Assembly: GCA_964217375.1 (NCBI GenBank)
Contig: CAXPJQ010000059.1
Location: forward strand, 11,208-75,207
Length of the DNA stretch: 64,000 nt
Reading direction: 5' to 3'
Source: Bdellovibrionales bacterium
Lineage (GTDB): Archaea > Nanobdellota > Nanobdellia > Woesearchaeales > UBA583
Part shown: positions 18,490 through 28,290 of the stretch, piece by piece
Position numbering within the stretch: the first letter of the stretch is position 1
How the letters are laid out: each line of letters begins with the position of its first letter
Position numbers and translations under genes: made by a program
The notes under the pieces: model-generated
Told to the model about the DNA's origin: nothing
What the model saw: only the letters and a program-made list of their open reading frames with translations
The model's database searches: none

Positions 18490-19491
18490 TTAATTAAAAA
18501 TTACTTGGGATTTTTCCCCAATATTTATTTTAGTTGATTTACCTTTCAATTCTACTTTTTTTCCAATTAAAGAATCTTTTAAAATTAAATTCTCAATAAA
18601 TGAATTTTTATTAACAATTGAATTTTCAATAACTGAATTTTGAATTTGAACCCCTTCACTAATTGAAACATTTGGTCCAATTACGGAGTTTTTAATTATT
18701 GCTTTTTTTGAAATAAAAACTGGAGGAATAATAATACAGCTATCTTTTTTAGATATTTTATTTGTAGATTTTTTTTCAAGAAAATATTTATTTGAGTCAA
18801 GTAAAATCTCAAGCCTTCCACAATCAAACCATTTCTTAACTTCTGAACATGAAACAACCTTAGAATTATCATTTACTAAAGATTGCAAAACTTGTGCTAT
18901 TCTATACTCTCCCTTAATTGTTTGAAAATTACTATAAAATGAATTAAGTAATTTTTTTACTTCAAGTAATGATTTGAAATAATAAGTTCCAATTATTGCC
19001 ATATCTGATTTTGGGTTTTGGGGTTTTTCTTCAATTTGAATTATCTCATTTCTTTCATTTAAATTCATAACACCATAATGTTGAGGTTCATCAACTCTCA
19101 TTCCAAAGACAATTGAATCATATTGATTACTTTTAGAAATTGCAGATTTCAAATTAAAATCAATTAAAGTATCTCCAAAGATTACTACTAATTCATCATC
19201 TTTAGAATAACTTTCTAAACCAATTCTTACTGCAGACCCATCTCCATCTCTAACTTCTTGTTCTACAAATTTAGAATTAATATTAGGATAAGTTTTTTTA
19301 ATATGTCTAATAATTGAATCTTTCTTATACCCTACAATAAAAACAATTTCATCAGGGTTAACACTTAGAGCATCATCAATTACATAATCAATCATTACTT
19401 TCCCTGCAACTTCCATTAAAGGTTTTGCTGTTGTATTTGTATGAGGTTTTAGTCTGGAACCAACTCCTGCTACAGGTATAATTACTTTCAT
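18490..19491 (-). CDS. Sugar-1-phosphate nucleotidyltransferase (glucose-1-phosphate thymidylyltransferase-like) with left-handed beta-helix tail
   Basis: AGVGSRLKPHT..KPL, GD, EKP, WFDCG and hexapeptide repeats. Confidence 0.9.
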   Translation of the reverse strand: MKVIIPVAGVGSRLKPHTNTTAKPLMEVAGKVMIDYVIDDALSVNPDEIVFIVGYKKDSIIRHIKKTYPNINSKFVEQEVRDGDGSAVRIGLESYSKDDELVVIFGDTLIDFNLKSAISKSNQYDSIVFGMRVDEPQHYGVMNLNERNEIIQIEEKPQNPKSDMAIIGTYYFKSLLEVKKLLNSFYSNFQTIKGEYRIAQVLQSLVNDNSKVVSCSEVKKWFDCGRLEILLDSNKYFLEKKSTNKISKKDSCIIIPPVFISKKAIIKNSVIGPNVSISEGVQIQNSVIENSIVNKNSFIENLILKDSLIGKKVELKGKSTKINIGEKSQVIFN

Positions 19492-19538
19492 AAATAAGTA
19501 AATCTAATTAAGATTATATAAATTTACTTAATATTAAA

Positions 19539-21323
19539 TTATAATCCCCAAAGTGTATCTTCTTTTCTCATAATTTCTGCAATTTCTTTTAATGTATTAA
19601 CTTCATCTTTTGAGAGTAAATCCATATTTTTCTTTAACTTCCTAAAATTTTCTTCCCCCATAAAAGTATATAATACTGAATCTTCTTGAGCATGTCTCCC
19701 AACTACTAAATCATCCATTGAAACTGCTGCTTGTTCTCCTAATTTAAGTTCTTGTAGTGTTTCATCCCTATCTTTAATTGTTTTAATTGAACCTACTTTT
19801 TTACCATAATCAGTCATTAAAGCAACATTTGGTTTAGTACTTCCACCCATTGTCTCAACACCCACAACTGCAGGTCCTGATGCTCTAAATATACAGTTTC
19901 TTAAAATTTTAATTTTAAAAGGCATTGTTAATTCTGAGAGTCTTGCCCTTTGAATTTCAGCCTCTTTTTTCTCAAGCCAATCCTGTGCATCTTCAATTAA
20001 TTTATATATAATATCATTACTTATAATTTCAACTCCATACTCTTTTGCCATTGCTAAGATTTCATCATCTATTTTTTGAGAAAAATTTAAAATTAAAGCA
20101 TTTTTAGGGTTTTTCTTTAAATCTGCCCCTGCATCAATAATATCTTTTTTAGTAATTTTACCAATAACTGCTTTTCTAAGTGGAATCTCATGTTCATCTA
20201 AAATGTGTGCTAAAGCTTCAAGGGAACCAAGAGTATCTGCTTTAACTAAAATCCCCTCAACACCTGCAACCAAATTAATATCTGCTTGTTCATTTTCAAG
20301 TTCGTCTCTAAGTGCTTCAATTTCGTCTTTTGAGGCATTTTTTCTATATGTAATTATAGGCATACCTGCTTTAATATCCTCAAAATCTGGACATGCAAGT
20401 TTAACTCCTGAGGCTGACTGACATTCCTTAATTGTTGTAAATTTAGTTGAAGAATCTCTAATTTCTTTCATTTCATTTGGTTTTAAGATACTTTTTAATC
20501 TTGATTCCTGAACTCCATCAACATCTAAAGCTAAAACTTGATCTCCTGCTTTGGCAACTCCATCGTGTAAAATAACATCAATTGTTTTACCTAAACCAGG
20601 ATAATCTTTAACCTCTAAAATTACTCCTCTTGAAATATTTTCATTTTCAATAGTTAATTTTTTCTCCATAAATTTTTGAGTTAAACCAACAAGAGTTGAA
20701 ATTAATTCTTTAACACCTTCTCCAGATTTTGCTGAAATTGGAACTACTGCAACTTTCCTTGTAAAGTCATCAACTCTATCATATCTATCTGCTTCAAAAC
20801 CAAATTCATTTAATTTCCCTACAATTTCATAAACTTTCTCTTCTAATTTATAAATTACATCTTGTCTTTGTTTATCAATTGTATTCAATAATTTATCTTT
20901 GGGATTTCCTTGCCACCCTGGCATATTATCAACTTTATTTGCTGCAACAATAAATGGTGTTTTCATTGACTTTAAAATCTCAACAGCTTCAATTGTTTGA
21001 GGTTTAAATCCTTCATTAATATCTACAATTAAAATACCAATATCTGAAATTGATCCACCTCTTTTTCTAAGTGAAGTAAAAGCTTTATGTCCAGGAGTGT
21101 CAATAAATAAAAGTCCTGGAACTTTAAGTGCTTCTTTTGGTATAAATCCATCAACTGTTTTAATTAAATCTTTTTTTGGAACTTCTGTAGCTCCAATGTG
21201 CTGAGTAATTCCTCCAGCCTCCTTTGCAATAATTGTTGAATTTCTAATATAATCAAGAAGTGAAGTTTTCCCATGATCTACATGTCCTAAAACTGAAATA
21301 ATTGGTTGTCTTAAATATGCCAT
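19539..21323 (-). CDS. infB: Translation initiation factor aIF5B (IF2)
   Basis: LRQPI, GHVDHGKT, GGITQHIGA, DTPGH, NKVD, DTLGSLEAL. Confidence 0.97.
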   Translation of the reverse strand: MAYLRQPIISVLGHVDHGKTSLLDYIRNSTIIAKEAGGITQHIGATEVPKKDLIKTVDGFIPKEALKVPGLLFIDTPGHKAFTSLRKRGGSISDIGILIVDINEGFKPQTIEAVEILKSMKTPFIVAANKVDNMPGWQGNPKDKLLNTIDKQRQDVIYKLEEKVYEIVGKLNEFGFEADRYDRVDDFTRKVAVVPISAKSGEGVKELISTLVGLTQKFMEKKLTIENENISRGVILEVKDYPGLGKTIDVILHDGVAKAGDQVLALDVDGVQESRLKSILKPNEMKEIRDSSTKFTTIKECQSASGVKLACPDFEDIKAGMPIITYRKNASKDEIEALRDELENEQADINLVAGVEGILVKADTLGSLEALAHILDEHEIPLRKAVIGKITKKDIIDAGADLKKNPKNALILNFSQKIDDEILAMAKEYGVEIISNDIIYKLIEDAQDWLEKKEAEIQRARLSELTMPFKIKILRNCIFRASGPAVVGVETMGGSTKPNVALMTDYGKKVGSIKTIKDRDETLQELKLGEQAAVSMDDLVVGRHAQEDSVLYTFMGEENFRKLKKNMDLLSKDEVNTLKEIAEIMRKEDTLWGL

Positions 21324-21395
21324 TTTAAATATAATCTCTAAAAATATAAAAATATTTTAAATCTACTAAAAATAAAGTATAAAATATTTATAAAG

Positions 21396-22193
21396 TTAAT
21401 TAGAATTAAACCCAAAATATTTCAAATAAGATTGAATTAAAGTAGTATTATATTCTCCATGTGTTAAATTTACCATAAATGGAAATTCCAAATGATTTCC
21501 AGATACTAAAAATTTACTTGCTTCATTAAATAACCTCTCCTCTAATTTTCCAGAACTCTGTTCAAATACATCTTCTTTTCTAAATTTTGGTAAAGCTTCA
21601 CTTAAACCTTCCTTAAGAAGATCTAAAAATTTAATTTTAAAATTAGAAACACTCTCTAGGTTCGAATAAAAGTTTAAACTAGAAGTATTACTTGAAGGTT
21701 CAAATTCTTCAGATTCTGGTTTTTCTACAAAAGGCTCTAAACCTGAATAAGATAGGGCCAAATTCTTTTTAGTTTGATTTAAATATCTAATTGAAATAGA
21801 TAAATCACTAAAAAAATAAGTTTTTTCCCTATTTTTTAAAATAGAATCTAGGTTTTGAGAAATCCTACCTTTAATATACAAAGAAACTAAATCATTAAAC
21901 TCTTTTTTTGAATGTTTAACTGAAGTTTTATTACTCAAAACTTTAGTACTTCTAATTTCTAAATCAGCCCCAACTATTTGATAAGAATTTTCTTGAGGTG
22001 ACCTAAAACTAATCAATGAATGTCCTAAAGTTCCTTTATTTGCAATAAAAAAATCAACCGAATCTCTTTGAAATAAATCTAATAAACTCCTATTTAGAAT
22101 TAATTGATTTAATTTATAAAAAATTGGATCTTCATCCACTACAATTTCATAATCTTTGAATTCGACAGAATTCATCTTTGAAAATTTAACCAC
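21396..22193 (-). CDS. Hypothetical protein
   Basis: 265 aa ORF; no recognisable motif. Confidence 0.5.
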   Translation of the reverse strand: MVKFSKMNSVEFKDYEIVVDEDPIFYKLNQLILNRSLLDLFQRDSVDFFIANKGTLGHSLISFRSPQENSYQIVGADLEIRSTKVLSNKTSVKHSKKEFNDLVSLYIKGRISQNLDSILKNREKTYFFSDLSISIRYLNQTKKNLALSYSGLEPFVEKPESEEFEPSSNTSSLNFYSNLESVSNFKIKFLDLLKEGLSEALPKFRKEDVFEQSSGKLEERLFNEASKFLVSGNHLEFPFMVNLTHGEYNTTLIQSYLKYFGFNSN

Positions 22194-22217
22194 TAACTAG
22201 AGATAAGATTTCAAATT

Positions 22218-22865
22218 TTATAATTCTTTCCAAATAAAATCAAATAATTTTTCATGGTTTTCAAATATTTTATATGAACTTTTAAGGTTCTCTCGAGTAT
22301 TAGAAGTTAATACACTTAATACTCTAAATCCTCCATCAATCCCACTTTTAACTCCTGAGGGGGCATCTTCAACTACAAAACAATTTTCTTTTTCTTTTTC
22401 ACCACATAATTCAAAAGCTTTTAAATATGGTTCAGGGTGAGGTTTTCTATTTTTAAAATCTTCAGCACAAAGTACTTTCTCAAATATATCTTTAAAATAA
22501 ATTGAAATTACTTTTTCAACAAAAACTCTCTTTGAAGATGTAACTATATATAATTTAATTCCTTGATTTTTTAATTTAATTAAATCCTCTAAAATGTTAA
22601 ATGGTTTAATTAAATCTATTTTTTCATTTAGAAATTTAATTTTTAATTTTTGAATTTTATTTAATTCATCTTCATTAAGAGAAATTCCTTTTTCCTTTGA
22701 AACAATTTTTATTGTCTCTCTAAATTGAACTCCTCCTAATTGCATTAAATCATTTCTTGATGGGAATAAGTTATATTCTCTTAAAGATTCTTACCAAGAC
22801 TTAACATGTGCATCCATTGAATCAATTAAAGTTCCATCTAAATCAAAAAATAAAGCTTTCAACAT
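22218..22865 (-). pseudogene. HAD family phosphatase interrupted by an in-frame TAA
   Basis: ATG at 22865 gives MLKALFFDLDGTLIDS (motif I); TAA at 22791-22793 (codon 25); same frame continues to KPHPEPY and VEDAPSG. Confidence 0.8.
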
Positions 22866-22873
22866 TTTATAAT

Positions 22874-23536
22874 TTAATTCAATAAGTTTTGTACTTTAAT
22901 TTTTTCTTCAAGTAAATTAAATAACTCTAAATGATTATCCACATAATAATCAGCCTCAGATAAATGGTCTCTATGAAGAGTTGAACCAATTGCAATTACT
23001 TCAAACCCACCATTTTTACCTGCTTTAATTCCAAGTGGCGCATTCTCAACTACAATACATTCATCAATTTCATACCCTGTCAACTCAAATGCTCTAAGAT
23101 ATGGTTCAGGGTGTGGTTTACCTAAACTTACATCGCATGCAGAGATGAAATCTTCAAAAATCCCTGGGAAAAAGTTACTTACTCCATCAAGTACTCTCTC
23201 TCTTGGAGATCCTGAAACTATATACATTTTAAACCCAAGTTCCTTTAAATAAATTAATTTTTCAGTAATTGGATATGGTTCAATTGAAAAAAAATTCTTT
23301 TGCATAATTCTTTTTTCTTTTTGTAAAAGTAAAATTTCATCTAAAGATATTTCAAAGTTATACATCATTGCAATTTCTTGAATCATTACTTCAGATTTCA
23401 TTCCCTCATATAATTTTAATTCCTCAAGGGAAACATTTAATCCTATTTCAGATAATACTTTTTGCCAAGATAAAAAATTTCCTTCAACTGAGTCTACAAG
23501 TACTCCATCCATGTCAAAAAATATTGCCTTTTTCAT
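22874..23536 (-). CDS. HAD family phosphatase (beta-PGM-like)
   Basis: FDMDGVLVDS, KPHPEPY, VENAPLG; likely start MKKAIFF at 23536. Confidence 0.9.
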   Translation of the reverse strand: MKKAIFFDMDGVLVDSVEGNFLSWQKVLSEIGLNVSLEELKLYEGMKSEVMIQEIAMMYNFEISLDEILLLQKEKRIMQKNFFSIEPYPITEKLIYLKELGFKMYIVSGSPRERVLDGVSNFFPGIFEDFISACDVSLGKPHPEPYLRAFELTGYEIDECIVVENAPLGIKAGKNGGFEVIAIGSTLHRDHLSEADYYVDNHLELFNLLEEKIKVQNLLN

Positions 23537-23612
23537 ATCTAATAGCAATTTAATAGTAATTCCTTATAAATATTTATTTTATCTAAAAAGAAATAACACA
23601 CTTAGATGTGAT

Positions 23613-24422
23613 TTATCTGATTTTTAATTCAACTCCACAATTTCTGCAATGTCTTGAATCTTTTGGATGAGTTTTAACTCCACATCCTTTACAAGAGATA
23701 TTTAATTGATGTTTCTCCTCAGCTAAATATTTAACCATAGTTGTAATGTGAACTGGTACAATAACTAAAAAAGATACAATTGAAATCATTAATATTCCTT
23801 TTGCCAAATCAGTCACAGGAGTAATATCTCCATAACCTACAGTTGTAACTGAAACTAAAACAAAATAAAATGAATCCCAAAACGAATTAATACTATCATT
23901 TACAAGATATTCAACCTGATAAATCATAGCTGATGAAACAAACATTAACATAAAGACTGTAAATATAATCCTAAATATAAATAATTTCTCTAAATCAAAG
24001 TCACTAAATCCTTCATCTTGCATATATTTTCTTGATATGTTTAAAAATCTTAAAAACCTAAATATTCTAAATAGTCTAAACATTCTAATTGTTTGTGATG
24101 AGAACCCAAACCAAAAAGGAACCACTGCAAAAATATCAATCCAAGTATAAAATGAAGTAAAAAATTTTAACTTTTTCCTTGCAATATAGAATCTAAGTAA
24201 TAACTCTACTGAGAATATAATTAAAATAATGTAATCTAAAACCTTAAAGAAATATATCCAAAATGATGATTCTACTGTTGTTTCAAAAACAAAAACAACT
24301 GCAGATAAAAAGATTAAAATCATTAAAAATACATCAAAATTTAAAGATTTCTTTGTAACTGAATCTCCAAATAATTCTTCTAAAGTTTCTTCAAATTTAT
24401 TTGGAATCAATTTATTTACCAT
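23613..24422 (-). CDS. Voltage-gated potassium channel (6 TM) with C-terminal zinc ribbon
   Basis: S4 RMFRLFRIFRFLR, filter TTVGYGD, CKGC...CRNC. Confidence 0.92.
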   Translation of the reverse strand: MVNKLIPNKFEETLEELFGDSVTKKSLNFDVFLMILIFLSAVVFVFETTVESSFWIYFFKVLDYIILIIFSVELLLRFYIARKKLKFFTSFYTWIDIFAVVPFWFGFSSQTIRMFRLFRIFRFLRFLNISRKYMQDEGFSDFDLEKLFIFRIIFTVFMLMFVSSAMIYQVEYLVNDSINSFWDSFYFVLVSVTTVGYGDITPVTDLAKGILMISIVSFLVIVPVHITTMVKYLAEEKHQLNISCKGCGVKTHPKDSRHCRNCGVELKIR

Positions 24423-24524
24423 AATATATAATAAAAATAGATCTTTCTTATTAAAAAAACTAGCAACCACTAAAAAGAGATTCTCAATAAAAGAGTTTAA
24501 AAATCAGATTGTAATTATATTTAT

Positions 24525-24998
24525 ATGGATAAAATCAATTTAACTATAATTAAAATGTTTGAAGAATCAATTGAAGTAATCTCAAAGTTAGCTTCAATTC
24601 AATTTTTTATCATAATTATAATTACTACATATATATTAAACATTGAAGAAATATTTAAAGGTTTAATTCTAGGATTAATTCTAATTACTCTTATAGGTTC
24701 AAGTATTAGGTTTTTTTTATTTAAAGATAGACCAAAAAAAGAAAAATTTGATAACTTTATTGAAAAAATAAAAGCATCTTCATTCCCATCCATGCATTCT
24801 GCAAGAATGTCATTTTTAATTTTATTTTTTTATGGAATTATTAACAATATAAATTTAGAAATTTTTTTATTAATCCTATACTTAATTGTATGTTTTCAAA
24901 GATATTATAGTAAAAAACACGATTTATATGATTTAATTGGAGGATTAATATTAGGTATTTGTGTTAGTTTATTTATTTCAAATTTAAAAGGGTTTTAA
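24525..24998 (+). CDS. PAP2 family phosphatase
   Basis: RP, SFPSMHS and R...KHDLYDLIGG motifs with TM helices. Confidence 0.85.
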   Translation: MDKINLTIIKMFEESIEVISKLASIQFFIIIIITTYILNIEEIFKGLILGLILITLIGSSIRFFLFKDRPKKEKFDNFIEKIKASSFPSMHSARMSFLILFFYGIINNINLEIFLLILYLIVCFQRYYSKKHDLYDLIGGLILGICVSLFISNLKGF

Positions 24999-25015
24999 AT
25001 TTAAATATTTAAACT

Positions 25016-28000
25016 CTATTCAATTAAAATATCTACAAATAACTTTTTCAATTTCTCATAAATTAAAATAATTGGAGTTGATTCCGAGATATCATCATCA
25101 TTTTCTGCCCTAAATGCAATTTCAAGCTCAGCTTTTTGAGTTGAATCAATGATATATGAACTCAAATCAATATTATATATATTTTCTCCCTCTAAGTATT
25201 CTCCTAAAATTCTAGATTCTCCATTTATATATATCTCAACAACTGCATTTTGAGTTAAATCAATTCCAAAACTTAATTCATCTCCAAAGTAAAAATAATC
25301 TCCTCCAAAGTTATATGCTCCTGAAATTAATCTAGAATTTATATCTAAACTATTTTGATTATCTCCAGTTCCAGGATTTTCATTCCCCCCACTTTGATCA
25401 TCATCGTCATCCTCTTCATCTCTTATTACTTCAAATTCAACATCTTCTCCCTCATCATCATCTCCTCCTGAATCTCCAGAACCATCATCAACTTGAGTTT
25501 CATCTTCAGTTACTACATAATTTAAAATCAAATTATATGTATTTAATCCAATTGCTGAATCAATTAAACAAATAAAATTAACTCCATCAAAATCACAAGT
25601 ATAACTCTCATAAGCTCTATCTAAACTCTCAACTGAAATAGATTCAATTAATTTATTTGATACGACACTTCCTTGAATATAATTTTCTTTACTCTCAACT
25701 CTAAAATCATTTCCATTAAAATAAACTTTCTCAAAATTTGAAATACTCATCCCAAAATTTTCAACCACAATAGTTTCATCAACTACATTTCCAAATGCAT
25801 CTTGAGCTACTAATTCTACTTGATCTTGTGGAATTATGAAACAATATCCTAAACTAAATTTACTCACGCAACCTGTATCTAAATTCTCTTTAATAGACTT
25901 TCCCTCACTTAAAATATCATAACTTGCCAAAAAAGAATAACTTGAATCTAAATGTAGATAATTAAATCCTTCATCTTGTTCAAAAATATATTGAGGTTTT
26001 GTTGAATCTAATGTAAGTAAATATTGAATTTCTGAATTTCTATGTGATAATGAATTTCTTCCAATTAAATTAAATACTGATATCCCTTCTCTTTGTTCAG
26101 CAGAATATATAAAATTATTATTTAGATTTGTTCTCTTAAAATTTGAATTTTCTAGGGAAACTAATTCTTCTTCTCCTAAATAATCATTAAATATATCGCC
26201 CACATAAAAATTAACCCCCTCTCCTAAATTTGAAGTGAAATCATTTGAATCCTCAGATAAAGTATTTTGTAAATTAAGAGAAGCCATTCCCCTCCCAAAT
26301 ATATCACTTCCTGCAAAGTCAAAAGAACCATCCTCAACATTTACAAAAGCTTCAAAATAATTATCTCCAAAAACATTTGAAACTAAATTATTATTAATAG
26401 TAAATGAACCAACATTAAATATCTCACTTTGAACTCTTCCACTTAACCTAACATATTTTTTTAATCCTACATCACTTGATCTAACATAATTAGTTAATGA
26501 ATCTAATTTTACTTTAGGTGAAGATTCAATTACATAATATGTATATTCTTTTGTAAATTCATTACCTGATCCATCTTGATAAATAAATTCAACTTTCCCA
26601 CTATCATCGCTAAATTCTAAACTTTGAACATCTAAATTTAATCCTGAATTTAGAGTATAATTTGTATGGTCAATATCATCAACATAAATATGTTTAAATG
26701 AAATTGGTTGAGATAACTTTGCTTGAAAAGATGCTTCATCTTCTGAAACAAAAATGATATCTCCTAAAAATACTATTTCATTTGAACTAAATTCTCCAAA
26801 ATCTCCAAAATTTGAATTAATATTTACTCTTCCATCTAAATTAATAGAATTTCCTAAATAATCCTCAGCTGATAAACTATATTGATAATTACCATCATCT
26901 AAATTGGAGATATCAAAGATATAATAATTCCCATACCTTGAAGAGTAATCTAAATCAATTGAATTTATATTTAATTTAATTGAAGATAAATCTAAACCTA
27001 TATCATCTTTAATTTCAAATACTAAATTATTTGCAAACCCTACATTATTAAAATTTAAATTTGAAATCTCTGGGTTTTGTGAATCTCTATATACAATAAA
27101 TTCTCTATATTCTCCATTACTTCCATATAATTCAACAACTGATCTTTTTTTAGTTACTCCATTTACATTAATTAAAAAATCTAAATTCTCAAAACTTGTT
27201 TCATATGAACTTTTATACACTCCATCAACATATATTAAAAATTCTCCAGGAATTGTTGTTGAACCTGAGATACTAAAAAAATCTCCTGAAAACACTTTTT
27301 GATAATAAAAAGAATTAAATCTAAAACTTTGATCTAAATACTCAATTTCATAGATTTCTCCCTCTCCATTTCTATCTACAACTTCAATTTGATTAACACC
27401 TACATTTAATTCAACAAATGCTCCAAACTTATTAGAAATAACTGGAATTCTTTGCCCATTTACATAAACAATTGTTCCATCTTGGGCTTGAGTTGAACCC
27501 TCAATATAAAAATTTCTTTTATATGTTTGAGAGTTATATACTTTATTTACTAAATTAATTACCTCTAAATTTAAAGAAATAGTTGAATCTAAATTTTCAT
27601 ATGAAAAATTTGGTCTCTCCTGAGAATATACATATCTCTCAACAGGTTCAGAGTTTAATCCATTTTGAGATACTGCAATGAATTTTAAATAACCTCCATA
27701 CCCATTTAAATTTAAATTAAAACTTTTATCATTATTTACTGAAGTTGTTGCAATTAAATTATTATTATAATCTCTTGCCTCAATTGTATCTCCACTATGA
27801 TCTCCAAATCCACTTACTTGAGATGACTCAATAATTAAAGGAATTTGAGGAGGTGTTGGTTGATTCAAATCTACAACTAATTCAAAACTTTTTTGTGCAA
27901 GTAACTGGTCAACATCATCATATGATTTCACATTCAAATCATAAACACCAGATTTAACTAAAGCATTTTCAAGTTCAAAATTTGAATTTGAAACTTCCTC

Positions 28001-28216
28001 ATTCAAATTAGTCCATCTTGAATTTTCATTTTGAATTGATAATGTAGATTTACTAACTAAATCAATATTTTCTCCAAAACTTAAAGAGATATCTCCCAAG
28101 CCAGTATAATACCTTGGACACTGTGTTAAATTTGAATTCTCAAAGCTACAACTTGCATAACTTGAACTAAAAAATAGAGAAAAAATCCCTAAAAACAAAA
28201 ATAAACTTCTAAACAT
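25016..28216 (-). CDS. Large secreted/surface protein with probable Ig-like beta-sandwich domains
   Basis: Signal peptide; repeated beta-rich units (GVNQIEV, YSLSAEDYLGN, AQDAFGN); acidic G/D/E linker. Confidence 0.65.
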   Translation of the reverse strand: MFRSLFLFLGIFSLFFSSSYASCSFENSNLTQCPRYYTGLGDISLSFGENIDLVSKSTLSIQNENSRWTNLNEEVSNSNFELENALVKSGVYDLNVKSYDDVDQLLAQKSFELVVDLNQPTPPQIPLIIESSQVSGFGDHSGDTIEARDYNNNLIATTSVNNDKSFNLNLNGYGGYLKFIAVSQNGLNSEPVERYVYSQERPNFSYENLDSTISLNLEVINLVNKVYNSQTYKRNFYIEGSTQAQDGTIVYVNGQRIPVISNKFGAFVELNVGVNQIEVVDRNGEGEIYEIEYLDQSFRFNSFYYQKVFSGDFFSISGSTTIPGEFLIYVDGVYKSSYETSFENLDFLINVNGVTKKRSVVELYGSNGEYREFIVYRDSQNPEISNLNFNNVGFANNLVFEIKDDIGLDLSSIKLNINSIDLDYSSRYGNYYIFDISNLDDGNYQYSLSAEDYLGNSINLDGRVNINSNFGDFGEFSSNEIVFLGDIIFVSEDEASFQAKLSQPISFKHIYVDDIDHTNYTLNSGLNLDVQSLEFSDDSGKVEFIYQDGSGNEFTKEYTYYVIESSPKVKLDSLTNYVRSSDVGLKKYVRLSGRVQSEIFNVGSFTINNNLVSNVFGDNYFEAFVNVEDGSFDFAGSDIFGRGMASLNLQNTLSEDSNDFTSNLGEGVNFYVGDIFNDYLGEEELVSLENSNFKRTNLNNNFIYSAEQREGISVFNLIGRNSLSHRNSEIQYLLTLDSTKPQYIFEQDEGFNYLHLDSSYSFLASYDILSEGKSIKENLDTGCVSKFSLGYCFIIPQDQVELVAQDAFGNVVDETIVVENFGMSISNFEKVYFNGNDFRVESKENYIQGSVVSNKLIESISVESLDRAYESYTCDFDGVNFICLIDSAIGLNTYNLILNYVVTEDETQVDDGSGDSGGDDDEGEDVEFEVIRDEEDDDDDQSGGNENPGTGDNQNSLDINSRLISGAYNFGGDYFYFGDELSFGIDLTQNAVVEIYINGESRILGEYLEGENIYNIDLSSYIIDSTQKAELEIAFRAENDDDISESTPIILIYEKLKKLFVDILIE

Positions 28217-28290
28217 AAGAGAAAATGCATAAAAATAATTTAAAATACTTTGTATTAAATTTAAGGGAAAAAAATAAAAAAATAATTAAT

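Noticed and set aside
8717..21323. Inteins in LonB or aIF5B
   Set aside because: Lengths (647 and 594 aa) are normal and no splice-junction or homing endonuclease motifs are seen
22791..22793. Alternative genetic code or stop readthrough
   Set aside because: TAA, TAG and TGA all end well-conserved genes at expected positions; this is an isolated in-frame stop
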